Assembly (NCBI GenBank): GCA_050575255.1
Contig: JBNZDD010013632.1
Location: forward strand, 2,685,122-2,749,121
Direction: 5' to 3'
Length of the DNA stretch: 64,000 nt
Source of the DNA: Harriotta raleighana
Lineage: Eukaryota
Position numbers and translations under genes: made by a program. Shown here in pieces: positions 27,571 to 41,822 of the stretch. Numbering within the stretch: position 1 is the stretch's first letter; each line of letters opens with the position of its first letter. The notes beneath the pieces were generated by a model. It made no database searches and was not told where the DNA came from. It saw only the letters and a program-made list of their open reading frames with translations.

Positions 27571-28987
27571 TATTTGAAAAAGAAACTAGCTTTTTAATCA
27601 ATTCACTATTTCACGGACTATAAGAAAATCCAATACAGTAAAATGCTAACACTGAGTGCATCAAAGAATGTACGGTTTAGCTCATTCAATATTCTCTCAC
27701 TTCCAGGACTTGCTTCGGGACTAATCTAACCATCTTTCATCTTTTTCCTACCACAAATGTATCTCCCCACACTTCTTCTTGAAGCTGTAATCTGCACCAC
27801 TGTCGCTGATTGGAATTTCAGTCCAAAAGACCCCGACATCACTACCAATATGATTTCAGCATAAAAATCCCAATCAACGATGGCTTTGCTTTGGTTGTGT
27901 TTTTCTCCACCATAAACCACCAAATACATGGTTCATTATTGTACTTTTATTCTCCGAATTCAAAAGCACTTGTCCATACCACAACAACAACATGTTACAT
28001 TTGCAAGGCGTTTTTCACATCTTGGGACTCATGCACACTCGATATACTCAAGCACACAATGTGCATGCGTTATGTAATACAGTCACTTTGATTCTCTTCA
28101 TACGGGCATTGTCATTTTTTTGAAGCAGGCTGACTTGAATGAACTCTGAATGTGATAGTTTTGGCTATTTTATGATTCCAACTGCGCTGGTCTTATTCAG
28201 GTCCAGTCAGTTTAGAGATTAACAAGCAGGGCAATAATTGTTGTGTGATATCATACATGACCTGTGCTGTACCAAACCAAAATAACTCTTTCGGATTTCA
28301 GAGCTCAATAATGCCCCATATTTAAATTACGAACAACTCAATGAATATCAAGTTTCACTTTGATCCATAATTATCTTTAGATACAAAAGTGTCACAGAAG
28401 CAAATGTATGAATCCAGAAAATATAAGGGAAATCCCAAACTGGCGTGTTCAGGACTCTCCTAAATTCAAGCAATCACTAGATTTTCGAGAAAAGATTGTG
28501 GACTCAGTGAGTGCCTGTACAGGGATTCAATGTCCACTTAGTTATAGCTTCAGTGGTAGTCATGGTTTCAAATATCACAAGCTGCTGGGAAAATGAGCTG
28601 TTTGTCAATTGAGTGAGGCCTTTTGTTTCTGAGCAATTTTCAATGACAAAAGCTTTCATTGACAAAACAATGACAGGTTTAATGTGAAACCCCTCGGCAA
28701 ATTTTTCTTCAACACTTCCACTCAAAACTATTCTGCTGGTTTACATTCCAAATCCGCCACTGTCTTGTCAAGTGTTCTGGCAGCTTCAATGGTTTCATTG
28801 ATTTCTTAGATAACACATCCTTACAACTAGCACCCGGGGCTCAGTTTGACCGTCACATTCAAGAAATATGAAGATACATTTCAAACCATTTTCACTGTGG
28901 TACTTCTTGATTGGACAATTGCTCAATTTAATATTAATTTTGTTTGTAATGCCATTATTGCTTCCATGACTCGCTCGTTCAGAATTT

Positions 28988-29307
28988 AATAATAATAATC
29001 CTTGTATTTGATATAGCACTTTTCATGTCTTCTAGACTTCTCAAAACGCTTCACAGAATATACTGTACAGTGAATTGACTGTATATATGTGGGCGAATCG
29101 CGGCAGCCAATTGCACACAGCAGTGTCCCACAAACAATCGTGGATTGAAATGACCAATATATTATAGATTTTTTTGGAGGGATTATTATTATGCATGTGG
29201 AATAAAGAAACTTGTCCAAAGTTTTGCCATGACCTGCCTGGATTTGAAACACAGGTCTCACTCTTGTAAGGCGAGTGCTCTAACCACTGAGTTACTGAGG
29301 ACTCCAC
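28988..29307 (-). mobile_element. tRNA-derived SINE, full length
   Basis: Reverse complement of the 8300-8613 family, from the tail (aataataataatcc) to the head (ctctaaccactgagttactgaggactccac). Confidence 0.92.
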
Positions 29308-30520
29308 CATTTAACTCACTTTCGAACTGCATCTGACTTTTATATATCTATTTCCCTTATTTCAGTTCCCAATGGGCATTCTAATGAAAGTGTTCTAGAA
29401 GCTTGTTTCTAAATAATGTCAGATAAGTAAAGGCAAAGCATGGATGGAAAAAGTTACCTAATCAATTACAAATCATGTGCAGTAAAGAAGACAGTGAGAA
29501 TAAATGTATACAGTTGGTGTTTATAGGGTTCTAGGGCTGGTTGATGCAAGTTCATTTGCTGTTTCAGCATTCACTGTCATCTAGGAAACTGTGTCGTGTC
29601 ACATTTTCGTGAACAAAAGAGAACACAATGATGGAATAATATCATACCATTACTTACTGGTGCACACACGAGTACACAGAGCAAGTAGGACTTGGGTAAA
29701 ATTAGTATAATGCGTAGCTGAGATAACCTTCAACCATTCATAAATAATATATAAGAATCTGATATTTCATTGGGATTTATACAAGCATTCAAGGGATCTA
29801 GGTTTTCCAAATGTACAATAATAATAATCTGCCTGTAAAATTGTCATATTGAATCCATCGTTACCCAATGATATTGTGCCATATTTACAATAATACTTGA
29901 GATGTCTCAGGAGTAGAGTATCATTGTTGCATTAAAATGCTCACTTTGGTGTTTTGACAGCAGAATTGAAATATGGATATAGGACATTAAACATGTCAGG
30001 ATTGCAAGCTCTGACATTGTTGCAGATGCTGTTGCATCCAAATAAACCCTAAACCAGGATGATTGCTGACTTGCAGCCATAGTGTTCTATAACTTATTCT
30101 TGCAGCAAGTGCACTTTGTGAAGATAAGGTGACCTTTCTAAATTTGAACATACGTTCCACTGATATACCAAAGCATCTGTGGTAATCAATGCAGTATTTT
30201 TAAAATGCTGAAAAGGTACATTTCATCTATAAATAGAAGAAGAGCATTTATTATAGCTGAGCTAGAATGACACGATGGATATTGATTATCTACAGAGTCA
30301 AGCCCCACAAATAATTCCAAGCTGTTATGGATATGCTGGTAGTTATAAAGCGTTATATTGATTTAATTCAACTCAGGTGAATTAATGGGATCACTATATC
30401 TGTAACACACAGTAGTGTTTTTTTTAATTATTGGAACCTTGGTACTGTATTACATTATTTTGTAAATTTTTTTACTTAAGATTTTTTAGTAAAATCATCA
30501 AATTTTTCTGTCCCATTTAC

Positions 30521-30828
30521 ATAATAATAATCCTTGCATTCAATAAACCACTTTCCAAGTCTTCTACACCTCTCAAAGCGCTTCACAGCATACACTATAA
30601 AGTGAATTGTCTGTATGTTTGTGAGCAAAATGTGGCAGCTAATTGCACACAGCAGAGTCCCACAAACTGTCATGGATTGAAGTGACCAATTTATTATTGG
30701 GTTTTTTTCTTGAGGAATTATTATCGGGAGTGTGGAGTAAGGAAACCTGAGCAAGGTTTTGCCCTGTTGGAAATCAAACTAGGTGTCTCACTTGAGAGAC
30801 AAGTGCTCTAACCATTGAACTGCAGGAC
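30521..30828 (-). mobile_element. tRNA-derived SINE, full length
   Basis: Colinear with 28988-29307, same orientation, about 1.2 kb away. Confidence 0.88.
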
Positions 30829-31442
30829 AACAATAGTAAATACTTAATAAAAATCATTGATCATTCAGCTCTCACCTTTTTAGTTTTTTGTTCAAAGTGC
30901 AGAAAAATAGTTTCTCTTCAAAGGTAGTAAACATAACCAAACTATAGTGATATGAATACTGTACTATTCAATACCACAGTTTGTGTATAATATATAAAAT
31001 CAAATATTATGTGCTAATACTGTTGTTCAAGTATTCTTATTCTAGCTTTCCATTAAAACACACATTCATCAGTATACCGTCATAAAAATGGGTAAAATTC
31101 ACAAAGATATCCAATGTTAGAAATGTTAAGAAAAATGATGTGGAATCTTGTTAGAGAGTGAAAGCATTTTTGCAGTTCAGAGACGCCACTCTATGACATT
31201 TTTTGGGTGAACAAATTGCTGAATTTTTCCAGTCAATGAGTTATCTGAACTCTTGGAAGGCTGAAAGTGCAAGTGGCATAGAGATTTAGGGCAATGGTCA
31301 TTTTAACAAACTTTAATTTTCCTTCAACAACTCACCAAAAGAAAATCTAACCTGGCATGAAAAACCTTTTCAGCTGTAGAATTCTGCTGAATCTTAAGCA
31401 GTCCCTAAACTGCTGTACAATAGGGTTTTTTTTGCCAGAATT

Positions 31443-31862
31443 TAATAATAATAATCATTCCATCTGATATAGCACCTTAACACATGAGTGAAATATCTCA
31501 AAGCGGATATAGTGTAAAGTGGATTGACTGTGTTTTCTGGGTGAAATGTGGCAGCCAGTCCAACAAAGAGCCATGAAATGATTGACCAATTTTATTTCAG
31601 GGATTTGTTGGCCAGGACACTGGGAGAAAATCCATTCTCTTTCTTAATAGTGCCATGGGATCTTTAATCTCCAATTGAAAAGACAGACGGACCCTTGGTT
31701 TAACATCTCATCCGAAGAATGGTACCTCCAACAATGCAACACCCCTGCAGCCCTGCACTGGATTCCCAGTTTACAAATGTGATCCCAAGATTCAATGTGG
31801 AGCTTAAATCCACAACCTTCTCATTCAGAGGTGAGAGTGCAACCACTCCACCAGGCTAACAC
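31443..31862 (-). mobile_element. Long DeuSINE (SacSINE1/AmnSINE1-like)
   Basis: Same L2-like tail as the short SINEs, plus a central ggccaggacactgggag...tagtgccatgggatcttt...ggtttaacatctcatccgaa block recalled as the Deu domain, and a tRNA-like head (ccacaaccttctcattcagaggtgagagtgc). Confidence 0.75.
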
Positions 31863-32069
31863 TGACATACATTAGTTCAAAGCATCCAATACTTAAAGCC
31901 TCTTTATAAACTACACCAGGATTGCTAATATTACCAACCTGAGGATTTTCTCACCCATGATCTTGTCATTGATGGATTGAACTATAGGTGACTTACAACA
32001 ACAACAACAAATTACATTTGTAAAACAAATTTTTATGTCGGGAGAATGTCGCAAAGCACAGGACAGTCA

Positions 32070-32258
<189 letters not shown>

Positions 32259-35200
32259 TTAGAGACTTGAGAATAATTTAATGTGGTTCTCGTATTATGA
32301 CATAAAGAATAAAAAGTGAAGCTCTAATGTACTATTCCATTCATGTCACAAACCCAGCAGATTTCAGGCACTCATTAGCAATCATAGAATGACATGAAAA
32401 TACAGTTTGAACAGATGAGCTTTGATTAGTGTAATGAATTAGGAATAGAGTTCTGGAATACTATTGTACTACAATAGTACCACACAATGAACGAGCCTTG
32501 AAGTGCACTCAGGTGCTGTTGGATACTTTCAAATATTTTCAGACTAAAGAAATAAGTGAGCCTCAGACAGCTTCACCATGTCTCAAATTACTGCCAACAC
32601 TAATGTAAATCATCCAGTCAGTGGACACCAAGTACTTTAATAATAAGTGTAAATTCAGCACTTTCAACAAGCTGAGAGTAAAGCACTTAACCTCTATGAG
32701 TAACTGTAAGGTATTGCTGGTGCAAGAGCTGCAGATAAATACTGACAAAAGTAAATATATTGGTGAAAGAAATTATGACCAGGAGGGGGTCATTATTTGG
32801 CATCAGAGTCAACACCCCTAATCTGAGGACAAGCAAGGAGGTCTGAGAGGAAGCTGCTGAGCAGAAAAAGGTGTATAAATGTGGTGATATAATGTGACAG
32901 AAAAAGAGAAAGTTGTGTTCAAACACCAGTCAAGATAAGTGACAGGCGCAAGAACCCTGCAGCTGAAAGAGCCTATAGTGCGTCAGAGCTATACTGTCTA
33001 GAGAGTTTTAATGTCTGTGAAGTCAGCAAAGGAGACACCGCCAAAGCCTCAGGGAAGTATCATCCACATCTACGGTTCAAAATGCACGTAATTTAAAATA
33101 TTTAAAATGAACAGGAATAAGACATTGTAAAATATATGAATCCTCAGTAATGGTAACATTTACTATTATATTTTAATTTTAGAGCAATCGGCCAGACACG
33201 CAAATGTTTACTTTCTTCTTCATGCAGATGAGGAACAAGAGTAATCATTGTACTACAGAGCACAAAGCAAATGTGTTGACACTTGCAACTACCTAGGCTT
33301 AGGTTGGCTGCATCAAACTGCAATAACTGGCTGATTGAAGTCTGCAAGTGTTTACCAGTGAGCAATATCGGGCAGATTATATAATTGGCTCAACCAGAAA
33401 ATAAATGAATATAATTTTCCAAATGGTACCATGTCTGTCCAAAGAAAGCCTTTGTGGAAACATATGATTCTTGAAAAATATGCGCCAATGTTTGGGCAGG
33501 TTACAGTAAGTTCCGCTCTAAATCTGTCTTTGACAAAACTGATGTGGGAGTGATTGATAATGACATCAGGGAGCACAAGTGAAAAAGCATGAAATTTTCT
33601 GGCTCTGGACATTCCTCACCCAAGTTTAATTAAATTTGCTATACTTTTGCAAATACAAATTCACTGTACAGAAAACTGTGAAGCATGTTGAGATGTTTTG
33701 ATGTGATAAGACACTTCATTAAATGTAGTGATCACATGTGCACATACACACATTTAGAATTCTACGATGTATAATACTAGTAGCTCAATGTTTAGGAGTA
33801 AAACAATTAAAAGATGATCTTTTCAGTAATGAATCAAAACAAATGGCATTTTTCTCTTGAAATAATACTTAGTTCAAGTCACATATACTGTACTGTGCAT
33901 AGAAATCTTACAGAACTTATTTGCTGCGGCATAGTATGGGCACATCTGCAACAGTACAGTCATAACCCAAGTTTCCATTGTTTAGCAGCTGTTTGTGGTG
34001 GAGCTTGTGATGGTAGCCATCTGTTAGGTGAATGCAAATATCAGAGGCAATTAAATCTAATTTTTCACATGTTTTATATTCAGCGCAGATTTTTCTTTAG
34101 CATGTCAGGGGTTAAAGAAAGGGACAGATGAAAGAGGCAAATTGACAAGAAAAATAAATAGTGAGAGATTACCCAAAGAAGAAGATGATTAGTGATAGAT
34201 GAGAATGAAATGGAGAAAGCAGGCCAAAGAGATGGTAGAAAAAAGGAAAGTAAGAATCGGTTAAAAATATATATGAAGAAATAAAGAAAGCAATAACGGA
34301 ACAGACTAGGATTAGGATTAAAGGAAAGATAAATCTGATGATATTGAGTGGAAAATACCGAAACAGAGAACTACCAAAAAATTAGTTTATTTCAGAAATT
34401 CCTTATGAAAGATGGGGCTTAATGTGTTTGGCGGCTATTTAAATGTGACTCACATATTTAATTGAACCATTAAGTGATTTTAACTATATTGTATGGTAAT
34501 TATATCATTCTTTGTCCAATGTATTGTATCAGTCTTTATGACTTTAATTGATTTTAATGGTACCTATAAATTGTAAATCTTTTAATCTACGTAGTTTAGA
34601 CAGCACAGTTGGATGAGTCACATAATGGAAACGTTGAAGGTATCTGGGTCAAAAATTTGTTCCAAAGGTCCCCTATTTCATTCTGTTGCAGGGATGTTTC
34701 AGCACACTTGCATATTGAAACTGATTTGAAAGAGAAGTTTTGAATAAAGTACTGATTTCACAGGCATTCAACTGTATGTTTGCAGCAGCACTGTTGTGGG
34801 GAACTTAATTGAAAATGAATGGTTTGAAAGCCCCAAATAAACAACATAAACAATTGAGCCTGCATTGAACATGGTGAAAATGAGTTGGCAGGGGAAGGAA
34901 GAAAATGATGTTAGGATTGAATCTGATTCAGTGTCACATGGTGTTTCGCAGGACAAAATAAATTTAAGCATAATGTTGCAAACCCAGATTAACATAAAAT
35001 GGCATGTTTCAAACTCGATGATCTATACAAAGATAATTCAAATCAAAACATAGTTTGAATGCAATCTGAAATACTTTATCTTCTTAAAGTTTTATACAGT
35101 TCTAGGGATGTACTGTGTCTTAATTTCACTTTTATTGAAGCTTTCGTCAGTATTCTACAAACTGGTGCTATCCTTCTGCTGAGAAAGAGTTGTGTCGAGG

Positions 35201-38200
35201 GCTGCAGGTTTCATAACAAAAAAGAATACAATACTTTTATGCTTTGGCATAAAAGGAAAGATGATCTCTAATCTATTTTAAACTGTTCTTTTTAATTATG
35301 AGGTATGGCCTTTCGCTTTGTGCAGAGAGAAGGCAGTTAATCCAACTCCTGCCAAAGGCCATGCATAAACATCCACCCTTTAGGCAAAGAGTGGACCTCT
35401 ATGTTTAAATAATAGAAGATTTGGGTGGTAGTGAATTTCCTAATGGCACTACTGAATTTCCTGATATTGCTGCAGTAAATTCTCTATTCCCTTAGTCCCT
35501 TGACATCTAAGGTGGATCCTATTCTTAGATCATGAAATATTATGACAGAGTGATGGCACCTTTGTTTTCTTGCAGTTCACTTTTATCTTGCTACAAATCT
35601 GGTGAATATAAATTTTATGTCGTACAAATTCCCAATATTTTCACCAGAATCTCGTGTTATTTACATTATAATCCATACAAATAGTGCTAGGTTTCTACAA
35701 AAATGTAACTAAAACATGTCCATTATCTTACAACAAATTAACTTGCTCCTCCGTTCTATTTTCCTCTCATTTTTATTGGCGTAAAATTAGCAATGCTGCT
35801 GAGGCTAAAGAAGGACAATCATCAACAAACAATCAAATAATGCTGGATATACCGTCCTAAGTTACAGAATTTTACCTAACTTTCATTAGGACTTGGTTCA
35901 CAAGAGCAGGATCTATCTTCTGAAATCTTTACATTCTGTTTATATCCATCTATGTCAGGAATAGACTTACAAATGAATAATATGAATGACAGTGTGCGGT
36001 GCGAGCATTTTATATGCAGTCAATGCCATCAAATGATGTCCTGGGTATTTGACAAGCTATATGTCAAGCTGAAGCAGAGGGGGAAGTGATTATTTTAGGT
36101 GCTTATATGCTTCTCTTTAAACTGTCAAGTGGTTGAAGTGCTGAACATGGCACTGACACATAGGTGAGTTTCACGCAGAGACAACATTTCTGATGCTTCT
36201 GATGGTGTGAAATACCATGGTGAGGGATTGTGAAAATATTGCTTATGGTCTTCAAGCCCTTTATAGTGCTCCAAGACGATACCAAGATGCGTGCAGTTAT
36301 TGTTTCAATCTGAAAATAAAAACCCTGTCAGTTGGCCAACCCAAAGCTGACATCTAAATTGCTGAAAGTCCATAGAGAAATTCAGTGATAGCACTGTAGA
36401 ATGTGTCGGTACTAAGTACACATGTTGGTAGTAATTACATGTAGGTACAATCATCAGCAGAAGGCTTTTTTTGGGTCAGCCAAGTGTCTGAGACTTGGGG
36501 AAAATGATTACTGTACTGCATTACATTGTACGAGTATCCAAACTAAACTGAAAATCCCATGCATCCCAACTACACATGGAAATTCCAGAGGAAGATTGTT
36601 GGAACGGAATGCCCACTCCCTCCCTAGATGGACGCATAGTGCTTACCTAATTTCAGAAAGTATTAGGCACAGGTTGGCAAGAGCCAAGGCTTGAGGATCA
36701 CAAAGTGTTTGGTTGGAATAGTGCTGGAGTCGTCATTACCATTAACCACTCAATTCAGGATCAATTCAACGATTCCAATGCAGCACGTGCTGACCTGGGT
36801 GTTGACATGAGCATGGAATGCAAAGCCCTGTAATTCAATCCACTACCAGATAATGACCTTAACTAGCAAATGATGTCCTGGATATTTGACACGCAATATG
36901 GTAACCTTTGCCTATGCATCAAACCTCTCATGCTGAATCCCACATGTATCCTTGGTGTCATTTTACGGTCAAAGCCTTCTGTTACAGTCACGCAGAAACA
37001 TGTTCCCTCTGCTCTTCATATTGTCTTCAAAAATACTTTTCTGTACTTGCCTTTTTTTTAACTTTAGAGAAGGGCTCTAAGTTTTTATCAATAATGATAT
37101 CAATTTTAATACCTAGCCTGAAATCAATTTTATCTAATCCTGTGAAAACATCTACACACTATCAGCAGCAAATCTTGTAAATCTATTTGAACCATGCTCT
37201 GCTATATTTTAATTGACTTTGATGACATCTTACCATGATAGGTTGTCCAAGCTGTCTCTCTGAAAATGGCACCCGAACGCCTGGATTTTTCAACAGACGT
37301 TTTCGTTCGTATAAATAATGAGGTAGTCCCAAGATCAGACATAATGATAGGTTGCAGTAGAACACATGTTTCGAAGGCTGTGATTTATTCAATCTACAAA
37401 TATTAGCTGCATTTTCAGCCTGGTAAAGACAATTGCTATCAAATACCTGCAGCTTGTTTTCCATGGCTACTACATCATCCTATTTCCAAATATTAAGGCA
37501 CAGAAGGAAGGCATTCCACCCTTCAAGCACATACTGGTACTTGGCTTTTCACTCCCACTCCCACTGAAGTATTCACCTCCTCTTTATCCCTGTAACCTTT
37601 TATTATTTTTTTTCTCAAATGTTTATCCAATGCCTCTTTGAATGCCACTCAGAAATTTTAGAAATCAAGTACATTACACTTAGTTCCAGACAAACTCATC
37701 TCAGGCATTCATCACAACGCAAAGCATTTTTGTAAATTATAGGCTTGGAATTAGAATTCCTGCAGCTCCATCTACATCTTCCACCATACCATCAGTTCAA
37801 TTTATTTTGACTGAACACTGTGTTGTTATTGTCACTCATTAAACAACTCACACATTCCACAAATGCTGTGACCTAGTCTGCTTGAATTATAAATGCAATA
37901 ACATTGTTCTTTTAATTTTTTGTTACCATCCTTAATGGTAAAAAAAAACTGCAATTATTACAACTACTTTAGGGGATTAATCTTTTTAGTGCAACTTCAG
38001 TCAAATAAATGTGATTGTGACCCTGGGAATACATGTGTAATCTTGAAGGCACAATTAAGAATGAATAAATAAAATATAATACAATAAATATAGAGTAAAC
38101 ATGAGATAATATGTAGGGAAATATCTAAATGAAGGAAGTAGTAGCTTTATGTTAACAAACTGTAAAATACTGCTAAATTCCTTAGGTGGCAAATATTTGA

Positions 38201-39189
38201 TGTCTTGTGATATAGAGCCAGGCTAACATAAGTGTGCAAAGAAATTCTACTTTACTGTCATTAGTTTTATTGAAGCTTCCCAACGACTCCCTTGTACCCA
38301 GGCAACACTGCTGCTTTACTATATTTCATTTTGATTCATTTTATCTCATGAGGGTGACTTACCTTGATGAAAAAGCAGAAGAAGATAGGAATCCTATGAA
38401 AACATCACTATCTTGATAAAAATAGCGCTGTCTTGGAGAGCACAGAAATCAGTGGGGAATCATGGGAAGAAAAAATCAATAAAATCTGCTGACAGTAAAT
38501 GCCCATTAAAGGAACATAGCAAATCAGAAGCTTTTCCTTATCTCTAAATATTGCTTCTCATATTACTGGCCTACTGAATTCTGTGAAAATACTCCCTCAT
38601 GGACCTGTAGTAATGAACAAAGCTAGTTGCCGTTATAACATTGAAGAAATTTATTGTACGTTATAGGGAGATAAGCAAACTCATTTCAAATCGTAAAATG
38701 ATTAAAATCCGAACACTCAAAAGATGATCTGGAGCCCTCAGTCACAAATTGAACAATCATTGGCATAAATACTGGAAAATATTTTTAATTATTTGGTATT
38801 CCCATTTCCCATTTCCTTGTCCATTGATAACAAGTGAATAACTGCCTATCTTGACATACTTAGGCATCTATCTTATGGAAGCTACAAACCAATAGGCAAG
38901 TATTCAATGCTACTCATATAATATACACATTTTTTAGGAGAATAAAATTAGATACAACCAAACAGTGAACTGAAAACCTTTAAATGGCTATTTCCAACAT
39001 TACATGGTTTGGATACAACAACAACAACACAACACAATTACAATTGTATAGCTCCTTTCAGGAGGACATCCAAAGGTGCTGGATAGATATGTTCTTACAT
39101 AAAATTGTAACAAAGTGGTGAGTTTTGAATTATCAAAGCAAATAAATACTATATAGTAATATACTAATAATCAAATTTGATAAATCTCC

Positions 39190-39357
39190 TCCTAAGTATG
39201 TCATCGAAACATCTCAAAGTGTTTCCTTGGATATACAATGAAAGTTGTGAATTTGTAGGCAAAGATGACAGCTAATTTAGCACATAGCAATTTCCCACAA
39301 AAGGCTATGAAGAGAATTAATCAGTTTATATGCAGAATTGTTGGCCAGGACACCGGA
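39190..39357 (-). mobile_element. Degraded DeuSINE-like 3' fragment
   Basis: acatctcaaagtg...cagctaatttagcacatagcaatttcccacaaa...ttgttggccaggacacc matches 31490-31620. Confidence 0.55.
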
Positions 39358-41374
39358 CAAATCAAATTTACTCAATGCTGAAATGAGCAAAAGGTTTAAA
39401 AGCATCTGGAAAATCTACACCATAAATCTTTGTTGCATCCATTTTATTATAGAGTCAACTAACAACCCACAAGTGTACCCATAACAAAATGGCAAAGAAG
39501 TGAATTTTTAAAATGAAATTTGTATTCATCTTTATTGTGAGAATACTTTTTAATAACTGCTTTATCAATTAAGTTAAAGCTCCAGATAAGATTCATGATC
39601 ACAGAGTGAAGATTTTTGTTTCACATACAATAGAGACAATTGAAACGACAAAAATAATAAATCAGTTGCCTCTAAGCTTAGTCAAAAGCTTCAACACTCA
39701 CACCTTATTTGAGGTTTGATGTTTCAAACAGAAAGATCTTTCAGCTCCAGATTTATAATATAAGTTGGAGCAGTTACGGTGCAGTTTGGCACAATTGACA
39801 TATGGAAGCAGCTTCCACAAAATGTAATCAGTTCTCATCATGCACAATAGAGACTGGCTTTATTCCTTAAAATGTTCAAATGGAATAAATGTTAACATCT
39901 GCCCTCCACAGCAACCTCCTGCCATACGATGTACCATAAGATTAAAGAAGAATCAGCCAAACATAAACCTTTTGAAAAAAAACTTAGCGAAGCTTCTTTA
40001 TTTTTTGCTAATCTTTTTCCCTCTTCCTCTCTTGAAGGCCTAATACAGGCCCCGACACACTGTATCTCACTCAAGAGATAATTCTTCATGTGTGAACCTA
40101 GACATTAAATGGTTGCAAGACTATTTGACAGGCAAGGCTCTCATAGTTATCTTTTTCTCATCTAATGTCTATACCCACACACATTCAAGCAAAGGTTACT
40201 AAACAGCTATCAGAACTGGGAAAATAAGATGAATTTGCTCTTTGTTGGCTCAGAGGTATAATTTGCTTATTCCCCTCCAAATATAGTCCTCGATGACCAA
40301 TCACATCTAATCTCATATTAATTGCAGCACCAAGCCAATTCACATAAAATATTAACCACAAAGAAAACAATACAGGGACTAGTCAGTGAAATAAATTATT
40401 TTGCCCAAACTTTTACTCAGTACAGATAAAAATAATCACTAAGTTCTTTGGAGAAGTAAGGTCCATGTAATGGAATATGATGGGTCAGAATTCATCCACC
40501 ATTGCTAAAAATATGTTCTCTCTTTTGGGTGAAAAATGAGTCTGGACCACTCTCATTCCTCAGAAATATCTAGAATGCTTTCATTTTAAATGAGAGGTTT
40601 TTTTTGTGCCTTGGGATCTTCTCATGACATGAAAATCGCTATACAAATGTAATTTTATACTGTATCTTAACTTTAGCATTTGTCTTTAGTCCAACATCAG
40701 AATTGTTTGTTTGTACTTCTCCCAGTCATGCCATCCTGCTGCACATTTGCACCATTTTCCTGTAAGGGTTTCAGCTGTTTGATGTAAGCTTTGTGTCCCA
40801 ACAGTCTCCATCATCCTCATCTCGCTATATTTTACGTCCCCACAAGACCCTGCTCTAAACCAGCCACATTAGGCTAAGACAAGGAGGGTAATGGAAGAAA
40901 TTATTTTGATTTTGCCTTGCTATCTTGCAGCTTGGTTAGACACTACCAATATAATCAATAAATACACATAATCTTGGTATTGTAGTAAACGCTAGGTAGG
41001 CATCATTAGAGCAACATGGTCTCTCAATGCTTATGCCACATGACCACATTATTGGAAAACAGCTTGGGCTGTTCCAGACATTGTATAATTCCCTAATCAT
41101 CTGACAGGATGACACATAGCCTTTAACAAACATCTAATTAAGTAAGTAATCATCCAATTACTGTTCTTAAAACTTTGCTTAAGTTAAGTCTAATTAATCC
41201 TGTTAGGCATTCGGTTTATACATGTGGAACTACGGATACATTTACAACACCAATCGTGTCATTTCACACCAAGTATCCAGTCTGATGGTTTTAGTGGGAC
41301 AGTGCAGCAGTTTATGAACCAGGAACTCTCTATTCGAAATCCTTGTCTCAGCCGGGGTTATAAAGAGACTAAGT

Positions 41375-41600
41375 TTCTGTCGACATTCCCAAAGTTAGGA
41401 AGGAGAAAACCAGCCAATGTTCATGCTCCATGTTCCTCTACAGCATTCTCTATTATCTGTGCGTGTACATGGCAGGTGGGTGGGGAAAGGTCCGTCCGTT
41501 GACTTGCTGAAGATTAACTGATATGGTCCACATGTGAACAATGGGAGGGGTACTGGAGAGTACCTATTGCCTGTGGAATCACACCCCTACAAGAGGAGCG
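41375..41600 (+). mobile_element. Ancient SINE-like repeat, degraded
   Basis: gttaggaaggagaaaaccagccaatgttcatgctcc...ggtactggagag...cctgtggaatcacacccc, related to 25005-25235. Confidence 0.35.
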
Positions 41601-41711
41601 AGGCAGATGTTGGTAAGGACAACATTAGAAAAATATATTGGACACTACATATGTAATAAAAAAGTCTAGATACAAAGAAGAATTATCATGTGCCTAATCA
41701 TATAAAAATAC

Positions 41712-41822
41712 CTGAAACATTGATTGACTTTCCTATCTCCATAGATGCTGTCTGACCTACTGAGTGTTCCTATCGACCTCTGTTTTTGTTTCAGATTTCT
41801 AGCATCTGCTGTTTTGTTTTGT
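41712..41822. mobile_element. Single-arm copy of the Penelope-like repeat
   Basis: ctgaaacattgattgactttcctatctccatagatgctgtctgacctactgagtgttcc...tctgtttttgtttcagatttctagcatctgc matches the right arm of 57922-58157. Confidence 0.75.

Noticed and set aside
36033-36072. C/D-box snoRNA (ATGATGT...CTGA)
   Set aside because: Imperfect C box, only about 40 nt, and on the strand opposite to the host transcript.
38355-38390. + strand peptide TYLDEKAEE resembling the CNK PH-domain DEKAEG
   Set aside because: Wrong strand and position for the gene, and only five residues match; treated as chance.
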